Assembly (NCBI GenBank): GCA_964452875.1
Contig: CAYVNG010000003.1
Location: 1 to 49,635, forward strand
Direction of reading: 5' to 3'
Source of the DNA: an uncultured Candidatus Saccharibacteria bacterium
GTDB lineage: Bacteria; Patescibacteriota; Minisyncoccia; Minisyncoccales; CAYVNG01
Length of the DNA: 49,635 bases
A program made the translations under genes and the position numbers. Shown here in pieces: positions 35,766 to 44,289 of this stretch. The notes below the pieces were generated by a model. That model saw only the letters and a program-made list of their open reading frames with translations. It was not told where the DNA came from and ran no database searches. Each line of letters opens with the position of its first letter. Positions within the stretch are counted from its first letter, which is position 1.

Positions 35766-37064
35766 TCACAAATATCCCCAGTCCCGCAACTTCGCTTCCT
35801 CTGTCTTCCAGTGGTCCCCTATATCCAGCCTGTAAACGGCGTTGGGGATGATTATCCCCTTCATCCTGTCATAAGCGCACTTCTTGGCGGCTTCCATGGT
35901 TTTTCCGCTTCCATTTATGGTCAGAACGTACCCTGAGCCTCCAGTATAGTATTTGCCGTTCTTCTCGTAAGCTTGGGCCATTTTGACGTAAGCCCTGTTT
36001 TTATCGGTTATCCCTAAAATGGGAAGATCTCTTCCATATTTATTGTAAGAGATCTCGTAGGGCATGCCGGCTCCTCCCATTATCACTCCGACGGCGAAAT
36101 TATCGTACGTGTCGAAATGTTTCAAGGTCCCGTCGGCCACCTTTTTCAATATTTCCCCCCAGCTGGTTTTGTGAAGCTCGCCCTGTATGTCAACCTGGGG
36201 ATATCCGAATCTGGCCGTAAAATCAATCGGATAAGCTGCCTCCTTGGTGACGATGCAATTCAGATCTATGAATCCCCGGTAATTGGTCTTTGCTAGATAG
36301 GATTTTATTTTGGAAAGGGTCTCTTTAAAAAGCCTTCCTCCTGTTTCAGAATAATACATTGACGTCCCCATTTCCCCTGTCAACGGACCAAGCCCTCCGG
36401 TCAGAAAATGCTTGTGTTCGAAGCTGACGTTAACAGGCGAAGCGAATTCTTTGCCGTTGAAAAAGGCTCCTGTCGCCATTTCTATGCCGTCTATCAATTC
36501 TTGCAGGATGAAGTCCGCTTTTTGGCTCTTAGGTTGCATGATAAAGTGCAATTTTTTGTCCTTCGACCAGGACTCTTGAAGACTTTCAATCATCTTTATC
36601 AAATCAAACCCATCATCGGATTTACCCAAATAGCAGGTATAGCGCTCGGGCTGTCCTGAAAGTTTTATTACATATTTCTTCGGTCTTTTTTTTATGAATT
36701 CGATCCCTGCCTGGAAATTATTGAAGTGCCATGAAGGAGGGAGCTTCATTCCTGCTTCCCTCATTATTTTCTGGGCAAAAATCCTGTCGTTTTCCAGCCT
36801 GTCACCGAATCTGTTTCCTCCCACGACCAAATATCCTTTTTTCCTAAGGCTTTCAATATCCTCGCCGCAGTTAACGTCGTCAAAAACTATGACGTCAGCC
36901 CAATCTTTGTGGCTCTTCCAGTTATTGACTCTGGGCACAAGATTCCTGGCCACGTCCCGCATTTTCTTGTCGCGAATATAGAACTTTACTTGATGCCCCT
37001 CCATTTGGAGGCTTTGAGCCACTGTGGCGCTTTCTCCGAATATGGTTACAAAAAGAAATTTCAT
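35766..37064 (-). CDS. PurD (glycinamide-ribonucleotide synthetase)-like ATP-grasp ligase, non-canonical N-domain
   Basis: Start trimmed to MKFLFVT. It aligns by eye with E. coli PurD along its length (LENDRIFAQKIM, FEHKHFLTGGLGPLTGEMG, GFIDLNCIV...DFTARFGYPQ, AYDRMKGI...YRLDIG). The N-terminal GNGGREHA motif is absent. Confidence 0.72.
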   Translation of the reverse strand: MKFLFVTIFGESATVAQSLQMEGHQVKFYIRDKKMRDVARNLVPRVNNWKSHKDWADVIVFDDVNCGEDIESLRKKGYLVVGGNRFGDRLENDRIFAQKIMREAGMKLPPSWHFNNFQAGIEFIKKRPKKYVIKLSGQPERYTCYLGKSDDGFDLIKMIESLQESWSKDKKLHFIMQPKSQKADFILQELIDGIEMATGAFFNGKEFASPVNVSFEHKHFLTGGLGPLTGEMGTSMYYSETGGRLFKETLSKIKSYLAKTNYRGFIDLNCIVTKEAAYPIDFTARFGYPQVDIQGELHKTSWGEILKKVADGTLKHFDTYDNFAVGVIMGGAGMPYEISYNKYGRDLPILGITDKNRAYVKMAQAYEKNGKYYTGGSGYVLTINGSGKTMEAAKKCAYDRMKGIIIPNAVYRLDIGDHWKTEEAKLRDWGYL

Positions 37065-37069
37065 TTTTT

Positions 37070-37612
37070 TTAAGGAATGAATACCACGGCGGCCACTACT
37101 GAAGTCCATAGTCCGCCTTTGTCTCCCCTGGCAGTCTGGGTGACGTTTCTGGTATACACAATTTTTTTGCTCATTTTAAAGGCCTGCTTCCTATAGTCCC
37201 AGGCCTGTTCGGGATCGAAGGTCATCCCTAAGGTTGAAGCCAACATTGAAGCAGCCAAATCCTCGGCATAAGGACCGGCCGTGTCAGCGTTTTCTCCGAA
37301 AGAGTGGTATTCGGCTATGTATCCGTAATGCTTTTCTTCGGATGGAATAGCCGCCCCGACCGAAGCTGATATGAGACGATTAGGCTCATCAGTTTCATTT
37401 CTGGATATGACGCAAAAAGTTATTTCTCCAGGGTTCAAAAAAGGGACTCCTTTTTCCATACTCACTTTTTTGCAACGCGGCGGCAGAATGCTTGAAACCT
37501 GAACGATATTAAGATGGGCTATCCTGGCATCCCTCAAAGCGAGCTCAAACGACCTGAGTTTGTCCTTGTGGACCCCCACTCCTTTGGTGAAGAAAAATTT
37601 TTTGGGAACCAT
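37070..37612 (-). CDS. pdaD: pyruvoyl-dependent arginine decarboxylase
   Basis: 180 aa, beginning FFFTKGVGVHKDKLRSFELALRDARIAHLNIVQVSSILPP. Confidence 0.85.
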   Translation of the reverse strand: MVPKKFFFTKGVGVHKDKLRSFELALRDARIAHLNIVQVSSILPPRCKKVSMEKGVPFLNPGEITFCVISRNETDEPNRLISASVGAAIPSEEKHYGYIAEYHSFGENADTAGPYAEDLAASMLASTLGMTFDPEQAWDYRKQAFKMSKKIVYTRNVTQTARGDKGGLWTSVVAAVVFIP

Positions 37613-37623
37613 ATGTTTTATTT

Positions 37624-38010
37624 CTAGGCAGCAGGGCTTGTGCGCATTCCTCTCTTCCGCCCCCCTCGCTCCCTCTTTTCTTTTATTTTATTTTTATATT
37701 CTTTTAATCCGTCTTTCATCTCTTTTTGAACTTCGATGACGGCTTTCCTCACATCTTCTGCTTTTGCTTCCGTTCTCAAAATCTGCCCGGGAAGAGCTAT
37801 CTGGCATTCCGCCCTGAAAAAAGGGCCCTTCTTGTGATGAAGAGTTGTTTTTTCTATTTCCACCGCAGCTTTCAAATGATTGTTTGAGAATCGCGGATCA
37901 GAAGAACGAGAAACTCTCAAATATTTTTCGAGACCGGCGATTTTCTTTTCGACGAAATCCTTCGTCGATCCATCCAATACGATTTTGGTGGCCTTGATTG
38001 AAATTTTCAT
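37624..38010 (-). CDS. hpf: ribosome hibernation factor (HPF/RaiA, short form)
   Basis: 128 aa with the S30AE fold signature (MKISIKATKIVLD...FVEKKIAGLEKYL) and a basic tail. Confidence 0.8.
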   Translation of the reverse strand: MKISIKATKIVLDGSTKDFVEKKIAGLEKYLRVSRSSDPRFSNNHLKAAVEIEKTTLHHKKGPFFRAECQIALPGQILRTEAKAEDVRKAVIEVQKEMKDGLKEYKNKIKEKRERGGRKRGMRTSPAA

Positions 38011-38028
38011 TCCGAAAAAACAGTAATA

Positions 38029-38976
38029 TTATTTTATCTTTTCATTTCCAGGGAAATTGTCAATACTTTTTTTGGTTTCAAAACCCAGAAGAACGATTTC
38101 TTCTTTCAATTCTGTCTTAAATTTGTTTTTTACTTTTCTTTTAACAAGATTGATGAGTTCCAAGACGTCGTTTGCTTTGGCGTTTTTTTTGTTCAGTATA
38201 AAATTGGCATGCTTTTCAGATATTTCAGCTCCTCCCTTACTTTTTCCTTTCAGTTGGCAAGATTCTATCAGCTCTCCGGCTGATTTTTCGCCCGGATTCT
38301 TGAAAACGCTTCCGGCTGAAGGAAAATTCAACGGCTGGCTTTCTTTTTTCATTCTCAAATATTCCTCGGTTCTTTCTTTTATCTTCTTTCTGTCCCCTTT
38401 TTCAAGGCTCAATCTGGCTGAAAGGATTATCAGGTTCCTGTTTTTTTTGAAAATGCTCTCTCTGTAGCTGAAGCGACATTCTTTTCTCTTGAGAACGATC
38501 GTTTTGTTTTTCAAAACGTCCAGAACTTCAATATCAATGACGACGTCCTTCATCGACTTTCCAAAAGAGCCGGCGTTCCCCCTCAAAGATCCTCCCAAGG
38601 TTCCGGGAATAGCTGCTGCCCATTCCAAACCGGTCAAACTCTTCTCTTGCGCCTTCCTTGCCAAATATGATAAAGAAGCTCCTGCTTCAGCAGAAACGAT
38701 TTTCCCGTTTATTTTAATTTTCCCAAAATCCTGTTTTATCACCAGTCCTTTGAACCCTCTGTCGGAAACGAGAATGTTGCTGCCCTTGCCGAGCATGAAA
38801 AAAGGCAGTTTCATCTTCCTGGAAATTGAAACTGCTTTCGCCACGTCTTCTTTCCTTTTGGCTGAAAAAAAATATGCAGCTTTTCCGCCGATCTTGAAGG
38901 AAGTGTATTCGGCTAGAGAAACGTTCTTAGCTAATATCAGAGGCATTTTACTGATGCTGTCTCCCAACTTTTCCAT
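38029..38976 (-). CDS. murB: UDP-N-acetylenolpyruvoylglucosamine reductase
   Basis: 315 aa, with the FAD-binding motifs YTSFKIGGKAAYF and LGKGSNILV and a C-terminal MurB domain. Confidence 0.9.
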   Translation of the reverse strand: MEKLGDSISKMPLILAKNVSLAEYTSFKIGGKAAYFFSAKRKEDVAKAVSISRKMKLPFFMLGKGSNILVSDRGFKGLVIKQDFGKIKINGKIVSAEAGASLSYLARKAQEKSLTGLEWAAAIPGTLGGSLRGNAGSFGKSMKDVVIDIEVLDVLKNKTIVLKRKECRFSYRESIFKKNRNLIILSARLSLEKGDRKKIKERTEEYLRMKKESQPLNFPSAGSVFKNPGEKSAGELIESCQLKGKSKGGAEISEKHANFILNKKNAKANDVLELINLVKRKVKNKFKTELKEEIVLLGFETKKSIDNFPGNEKIK

Positions 38977-39011
38977 GTTATTTAATAATATCCTATCCTG
39001 ACGCTTGTTTC

Positions 39012-39146
39012 AATTTAAAATCCGGCCCTTCTGCCGGGATCCGGATTCTAAAGCGAGCCGGGAGAGTATACTCCAATTCAAAGTCTTGAGTGAGTGCTTG
39101 CCTCCCGACTCAATTCCATATTAACAGAGTATCAAAATATGCACAA
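39012..39146 (-). promoter_or_regulatory. promoter (TTGTGC-17-TAATAT) driving a ~100-nt structured leader or small RNA that ends in a terminator, upstream of murB
   Basis: -10 at 39118-39123. The closing stem GAGUCGGGAG/CUCCCGGCUC spans 39055-39111. The hairpin AAUCCGGAUCCC-ggcagaa-GGGCCGGAUU followed by UUAAAUU spans 39012-39047. Confidence 0.35.
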
Positions 39147-39154
39147 CAACGTCT

Positions 39155-39190
39155 TTTAAAAAACCAACAAGCCCCACTCGAGAGGGGCTT
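39155..39190 (-). terminator. terminator after the O-antigen-ligase-TPR gene
   Basis: Minus strand reads AAGCCCC-tctcgagt-GGGGCTT, then gttgg, then TTTTTT. Confidence 0.6.
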
Positions 39191-39281
39191 ATCGGCGACT
39201 AAGAATCGAGTCTGACCGAAGTCAGATCGCACTCACTATGGTGATAGTATCATAATAATGAAAATTAGTCAAGGTCGATTT

Positions 39282-41351
39282 CTACAGCTGGCCTACGAGG
39301 GACTCGATGCTCGTCGCCCATTCGGGATTTATCTCCAAAGCATTCAAAACTGCTTTTTGAAGCTTTTCCTGGTTGCCGCTGAATTTCAAAACCTGCACCA
39401 GCACCAAGTGGGACCTTTCCGCTTTCTGGTCGAGTTGAAGCGCTTTCTCAGCCAAGGTTACCGCCTCTTCCATTTTCCCTTCGTAAAGCTTTGTCTGGGC
39501 CAAATACCAGTAGCCCTGCTGATTATTGGGGCTCAAGGTGATGGCATCCTTAAAGACTTTTTCCGCTTTAGAAATATAATAAGGGTCGAACCTGATATAG
39601 GTATTGTAAATCGTCCCAAGCTCCAACACCATCCTGTAATCCAAAGGATTTTTCTCGACGATCTTCTCCAATTCCGCCATAAGGAAGCCGAATTCGGCAG
39701 CCACCCTTTCTGCAGGGACGGATTCAATGTCCTGGTAATAGGAGAATTCAATGGTGGAGTTGGCAAAAGACTCGATTATCTGGTCCTGGCCGACGAAAGA
39801 AGTGCTGGCCGTCTTTTCGTACATTTCAAGCCTGCTCTCAGAAAAAGGCTCCTGCTGGCGGGGCAGAATTGCGTAATAGGCTTTTTGGGCCGGAGAAACC
39901 ACGAAATTGGCCAGAGAGAATGCGAGAACGATCAAGAGCAAAGGCAGCAGCCAGAATTTCAATTTTGCTTCACCAGCTTCCTCTTTATTCCCAGAATCAG
40001 AAGAAATGAAAGACAGTATCAAAAAGAACATCAGGTAAGAGCCGATCATGTCGAAAACGGTGAGATTCTGGACGAAGTAAGCGATTAAGGCGACAGAAAA
40101 TATCCCTGCTTTCCAGAAATCTTCCTTCTCTCTGAAGAACTTTTTCCAAAGCAAGTAGAAGGAAGCAGCATATATGCCAAAATACGATATCAATCCCAGA
40201 AGGCCGGTCGTAACCAAGGTGTCGAATACCACGTTATGGGATTTGTCATACCAGATGTCCCCTCCGAAATCTTCTGTAAAAAAGCTGGGGCTGAAATACT
40301 TGGTGAAAGCGATGGAGAAATTCTCGGGCCCCCAGCCCAGCAAAGGCCTTTCCAGAAATCCTTTCCAGGCCATCTCATAAACCGCGAATCTCGGCTTTAT
40401 GGTCGAGGTTCCGAACATTTTTTCCAGATTATCTTCAAGGAAAGCCGGCGAGAAAAAAATCAAGACGACTATCGCCAAAGCACAGACGCAAGACAAGCAG
40501 AGCAGGGATATCCCGGCCTTCCTGACATTCCCTTTGTTGGCGAAAGCCAGCCACAATATCCCCAGCAACGCCAACCCCCCGGCAGCAGAAAGAAAGGCCG
40601 CTCTGGCAGTGCTGAAATACAATACCAAGCCGATCACTCCGACGGAAAGCAAATACAAAAAATTAATTGCCTTGTGGAGCCTGGAACAGATCTTCTGCTT
40701 ATTAGTCTGGAAGAACAGATACAAAGCGATGAAAAAATTGAAAAGGAGATAAGTGCCCAAAAACGAGCTGTTTCCCAAAGTGGCTCCTCCTCTGCCTTTT
40801 TCTACGTTCAGCAGCCCGATCTTATCAAGGGAGCTGGCCAGGCTCTGCGCCGCTCCCGGGAGGGATTGCTGCCCTTCGATGATTTTTTCAAAAATAAACA
40901 GGAAAGAAACCGCCATGGCGGCTGCCACCGAAAAAGAGAAAATCTGGATCCAGTCTTTTTTCTCCCTGAAAGTGGAAGACAAAGTAAGAAAGAAACCGAA
41001 CAGGTGAAACCACATCAAAAGCCCGGTCATCCTTTCGAACCTCGACCAGAAGCTTTCTTCGAAATCAACCCCGAGCACGGAGCTCAAGATGAAAACCGTT
41101 AAAAAAGCCAGAAGAGCGATAACCAGGGAGTTCAAGCGGGGCCTGTATTTTCGGCAGCTCAAAGCCAGGAAAAGATAAGCAGCAAAGGCGATTTCGGCGA
41201 AAGCCATGAACCACAGGCTTTTCGGTCCGACGAAAGGAAAGAGAAATTTGTCGCTGACCACCAACGGGGTGAGCAAGGCTGCGAAGACAGCCAATTTGAT
41301 TATCCAGACGCAGATCTTTTCCGAAAGGTTTTTTTGGTTCATGTCATTCAT
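39282..41351 (-). CDS. O-antigen ligase (Wzy_C)-like polytopic membrane protein fused to C-terminal TPR repeats
   Basis: 689 aa, with at least 10 TM helices in the first ~470 aa and TPR-like repeats in the C-terminal ~200 aa (AEKVFKDAITLSPNNQQGYWYLAQTKLYEGKMEEAV). Confidence 0.72.
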   Translation of the reverse strand: MNDMNQKNLSEKICVWIIKLAVFAALLTPLVVSDKFLFPFVGPKSLWFMAFAEIAFAAYLFLALSCRKYRPRLNSLVIALLAFLTVFILSSVLGVDFEESFWSRFERMTGLLMWFHLFGFFLTLSSTFREKKDWIQIFSFSVAAAMAVSFLFIFEKIIEGQQSLPGAAQSLASSLDKIGLLNVEKGRGGATLGNSSFLGTYLLFNFFIALYLFFQTNKQKICSRLHKAINFLYLLSVGVIGLVLYFSTARAAFLSAAGGLALLGILWLAFANKGNVRKAGISLLCLSCVCALAIVVLIFFSPAFLEDNLEKMFGTSTIKPRFAVYEMAWKGFLERPLLGWGPENFSIAFTKYFSPSFFTEDFGGDIWYDKSHNVVFDTLVTTGLLGLISYFGIYAASFYLLWKKFFREKEDFWKAGIFSVALIAYFVQNLTVFDMIGSYLMFFLILSFISSDSGNKEEAGEAKLKFWLLPLLLIVLAFSLANFVVSPAQKAYYAILPRQQEPFSESRLEMYEKTASTSFVGQDQIIESFANSTIEFSYYQDIESVPAERVAAEFGFLMAELEKIVEKNPLDYRMVLELGTIYNTYIRFDPYYISKAEKVFKDAITLSPNNQQGYWYLAQTKLYEGKMEEAVTLAEKALQLDQKAERSHLVLVQVLKFSGNQEKLQKAVLNALEINPEWATSIESLVGQL

Positions 41352-43182
41352 ATTTTGGAATCAATTCCTTTAATATAGCAATTATTCTCTGGCCGTCCAA
41401 TCTTTTCGCTTCTTCGTTTAAGTTGGCCAGTGATTTTTCCAGCTTTTCCGGATCCACCTTTGAAAGCCTGGCTTTGAAGATCTTCTGGTTTTCAGTGACT
41501 TCCGTCCCCTCTTCCGCAGTCAATATCTCTTCGAACAGCTTTTCTCCAGGCCTCTTCCCGGTGAAGACGATGGGAATGTCTTTGTCCGGCTCTAGCCCGG
41601 AAAGCTTTATCATCTCCTTGGCCATGTCCAGAATATTGACCGGCTTTCCCATGTCCAGGACAAAAATCTCCCCTCCCTCTCCCATGGCTCCTGCCTGCAT
41701 CACCAGCAGACAGGCTTCTTTTGCGGTCATGAAATATCTTTTCATTTCAGGGTCGGTGACGGTAACCGGACCTCCTGTCCTAATCTGCTCTTTGAAAAGC
41801 GGTATCACGCTTCCCCTGCTGTCCAGCACATTCCCGAATCTGACGGAAACGAATTTCGTCTTCCCTTTTCCATCAAAGCCCTGGCATATCATTTCTCCGA
41901 CCCTTTTTGAGGCTCCCATGACCGAGCTCGGATTCACGGCTTTATCGGTTGAGATGAAAACGAATTTCCCGGCTCCTGCGACCAAAGAAGCTTCAGCTAA
42001 GATCTTCGTTCCGAAAATGTTGTTCTTCACCGCCTCTTCCGGATGCTTTTCCATTAAAGGAACGTGCTTGTAGGCTGCGGCGTGGAAAACCGTTTCCGGG
42101 GAAAAATCGCTGAATATTTTCTTGATCTTTTCTTCGTCCCTGATGTCGCATACTTCGGATACTGTTTTGACGCCAGGAAATTCTTTTTTCAGCCTGTTTT
42201 CAATATTGAAAATTCCTGTCTCGTCCTGATCCAATACCAACAGGGATCCGGGGGAGAACCTGGCGATCTGCATGCACAATTCAGAGCCTATGGAGCCTGC
42301 CGCCCCGGTGACCAGGATTCTTTTCTTCGAAACGAACCTCTCTACTTCGCTGAAGGAAGAGAACACCTGATCCCTTCCCAGAAGGTCTTCGGCCTGAAGA
42401 ATTTTCAAATTCTCTATGGATATCCTCCCTCCTATTATTTCTTCAATCGGCGGGACTATCTTTATCTCTTTCAGCCCTGCTTCCCTGCCCTTCCTCGCAG
42501 CTTCTTTTATCAAAGATGACCCTGCGGAAGATATGGCTATTATCATCGCTTCGATCTTTTCTTTCTCCACCACCTTTGGGATGTCTCTTATCCTTCCCAG
42601 CACTTTCAGGCCGTGTATCGAAATTCCCTTTCTGGAAGCTAAATCGTCAAGAAATCCCACCGGGAGATAGCTCGATTTTGACTGCATCATATTCCTCAAG
42701 ATCTGCTCCCCTGTGTTGCCGGCTCCGACTATCAAAGTCCTTTTTTTGCCTTTTGCTTCTTTATCTCCCCTGACTTGGAGATATATCCTTTTTAAAAACC
42801 TGCCTGCCCCGCAGAAAAGAAAGACAAAAATGAAGCTCATAATGACCGTGGACCTCGGAAACCCGAAAAAGACGTAATGATCCTTGAGCAGGAACAAAGA
42901 AGCTCCCAAGAACAGATAGCTCAGGAAAACGGCCTTGAAAAGCTTCACCATTTCGCTGGCCGAAACGAAAGACCAGGAAAAGGAGTAAAGGCCGAGCTTG
43001 TAGAAAATGGGAACGATAAAGATGACGGCCAGGGAGATCATTCCCGTCATATTCAAAAAATGATTAGGAGGTATATTCCCTTCGAACCTGAGCAGGAAGG
43101 CCAGCCAAAGGGAAAAGACGATCGAGAAAATGTCGAAAAGAATAAAAACGATCTTCTTGTAGTGGTAGAAAAGATTGATCAT
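41344..43182 (-). CDS. membrane-bound UDP-sugar 4,6-dehydratase (CapD/PglF/WbpM family)
   Basis: 612 aa, with four N-terminal TM helices, two Rossmann regions (LIVGAGNTGEQ; VTGAAGSIGSEL) and AAYKHVPLME. Confidence 0.85.
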   Translation of the reverse strand: MINLFYHYKKIVFILFDIFSIVFSLWLAFLLRFEGNIPPNHFLNMTGMISLAVIFIVPIFYKLGLYSFSWSFVSASEMVKLFKAVFLSYLFLGASLFLLKDHYVFFGFPRSTVIMSFIFVFLFCGAGRFLKRIYLQVRGDKEAKGKKRTLIVGAGNTGEQILRNMMQSKSSYLPVGFLDDLASRKGISIHGLKVLGRIRDIPKVVEKEKIEAMIIAISSAGSSLIKEAARKGREAGLKEIKIVPPIEEIIGGRISIENLKILQAEDLLGRDQVFSSFSEVERFVSKKRILVTGAAGSIGSELCMQIARFSPGSLLVLDQDETGIFNIENRLKKEFPGVKTVSEVCDIRDEEKIKKIFSDFSPETVFHAAAYKHVPLMEKHPEEAVKNNIFGTKILAEASLVAGAGKFVFISTDKAVNPSSVMGASKRVGEMICQGFDGKGKTKFVSVRFGNVLDSRGSVIPLFKEQIRTGGPVTVTDPEMKRYFMTAKEACLLVMQAGAMGEGGEIFVLDMGKPVNILDMAKEMIKLSGLEPDKDIPIVFTGKRPGEKLFEEILTAEEGTEVTENQKIFKARLSKVDPEKLEKSLANLNEEAKRLDGQRIIAILKELIPKYE

Positions 43183-44288
43183 CCGAGCCTGTAAAAATCT
43201 CTGATACAGTTAATGACGTAAGATACCTGTTGATTCGTAAGCTCAGGGTACATGGGAAGGGAAATCACTTCTTTGGCGAGCCTTTCTGACACAGGAAGTT
43301 TGAAGTTTGAAAGCCCTATCCCTTTTTGCCAATGATTGGGAATGGGGTCTTTGATAAGAGTTTCCACTCCCTTGTCCTTGAAAAAATTATATAGATCGTC
43401 CCTTCTTTCAGCTTTGATGACGTAATTCTGATAAACGTCGAAACGATCTTTGTCGCTTCCAGGGCTCGGCGGAGTTTTAATGTTAAGAATATTTTTCAGC
43501 CCTTTTTCATATATGTCAGCTATCTCCCTTCTCCTGCTTATCCAGTTTTTAATCTTTTTGAACCTAACGTTCAAGATGGCAGCCTGCAGATTATCCAGCC
43601 TGGAAGTGAACCCGTAGCAGGAAATTTCGGTCTTAGTCTTCCTTCCGTGGTCCCTGAGCATCTTTAGCTTTTCTGCGATGCTTTTGTCGCTGGTGACCGC
43701 CAATCCTCCGTCGCCTGCCGCCCCCAAAAGCTTGGCTGGATAAAAACTGTAGCTTCCTGTCAGCCCGAAAGAGCCCGCCTTCTTCCCTTTAAAAGAAGCT
43801 CCCAGAGCCTGGGCAGCATCCTCGATAACCACGAGCTTGTGCTTCCTGGCGATCCTCATTATCTTTTCCATGTTGCAGACTCGGCCGTTGAGATGGACGG
43901 GAATTATGGCTTTGGTTTTCTCGGTTATGGCCTTTTCAAGCTGGTCTTCGTCCATCAGAAAATCCTCTTTGACGTCTATCAAGACGGGCTTTGCCCCGAC
44001 ATGATGAATGACTTCAATGGTGGCAAAGAATGTATGGGAAACGGTTATCACCTCGTCCCCTTTGCCTATGCCGGCAGCCATCAAGGAAAGCATCATGGCG
44101 TCAGTACAGCTGTTGACGCCTATGCCGTATTTTGCTCCCAGAAACTTGGCCATGTCGTTTTCGAATTTTTCAACATCGCCCCTAAGTATCAAGTTCCCTG
44201 TTTCCAATACTCTGGTTATGGCCAGATCAGTCTCTTTTTTGAGAAGCTTATACTGCAAGGGATAATTCACAAAAGGGACTTTTTTCAT
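43179..44288 (-). CDS. DegT/DnrJ/EryC1/StrS-family sugar aminotransferase (PglE-like)
   Basis: 369 aa with the PLP-Lys region GSYSFYPAKLLGAAGDGG. It overlaps the CapD start in an ATGA arrangement. Confidence 0.85.
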   Translation of the reverse strand: MKKVPFVNYPLQYKLLKKETDLAITRVLETGNLILRGDVEKFENDMAKFLGAKYGIGVNSCTDAMMLSLMAAGIGKGDEVITVSHTFFATIEVIHHVGAKPVLIDVKEDFLMDEDQLEKAITEKTKAIIPVHLNGRVCNMEKIMRIARKHKLVVIEDAAQALGASFKGKKAGSFGLTGSYSFYPAKLLGAAGDGGLAVTSDKSIAEKLKMLRDHGRKTKTEISCYGFTSRLDNLQAAILNVRFKKIKNWISRRREIADIYEKGLKNILNIKTPPSPGSDKDRFDVYQNYVIKAERRDDLYNFFKDKGVETLIKDPIPNHWQKGIGLSNFKLPVSERLAKEVISLPMYPELTNQQVSYVINCIRDFYRLG

Positions 44289-44289
44289 G

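Noticed and set aside
39258-41102. Plus-strand ORFs 39258..40088 and 40236..41102 (276 and 288 aa)
   Set aside because: They are antisense to the O-antigen-ligase-TPR gene. Their translations are R/Q/G/P-rich with no TM or domain logic and no start signals.
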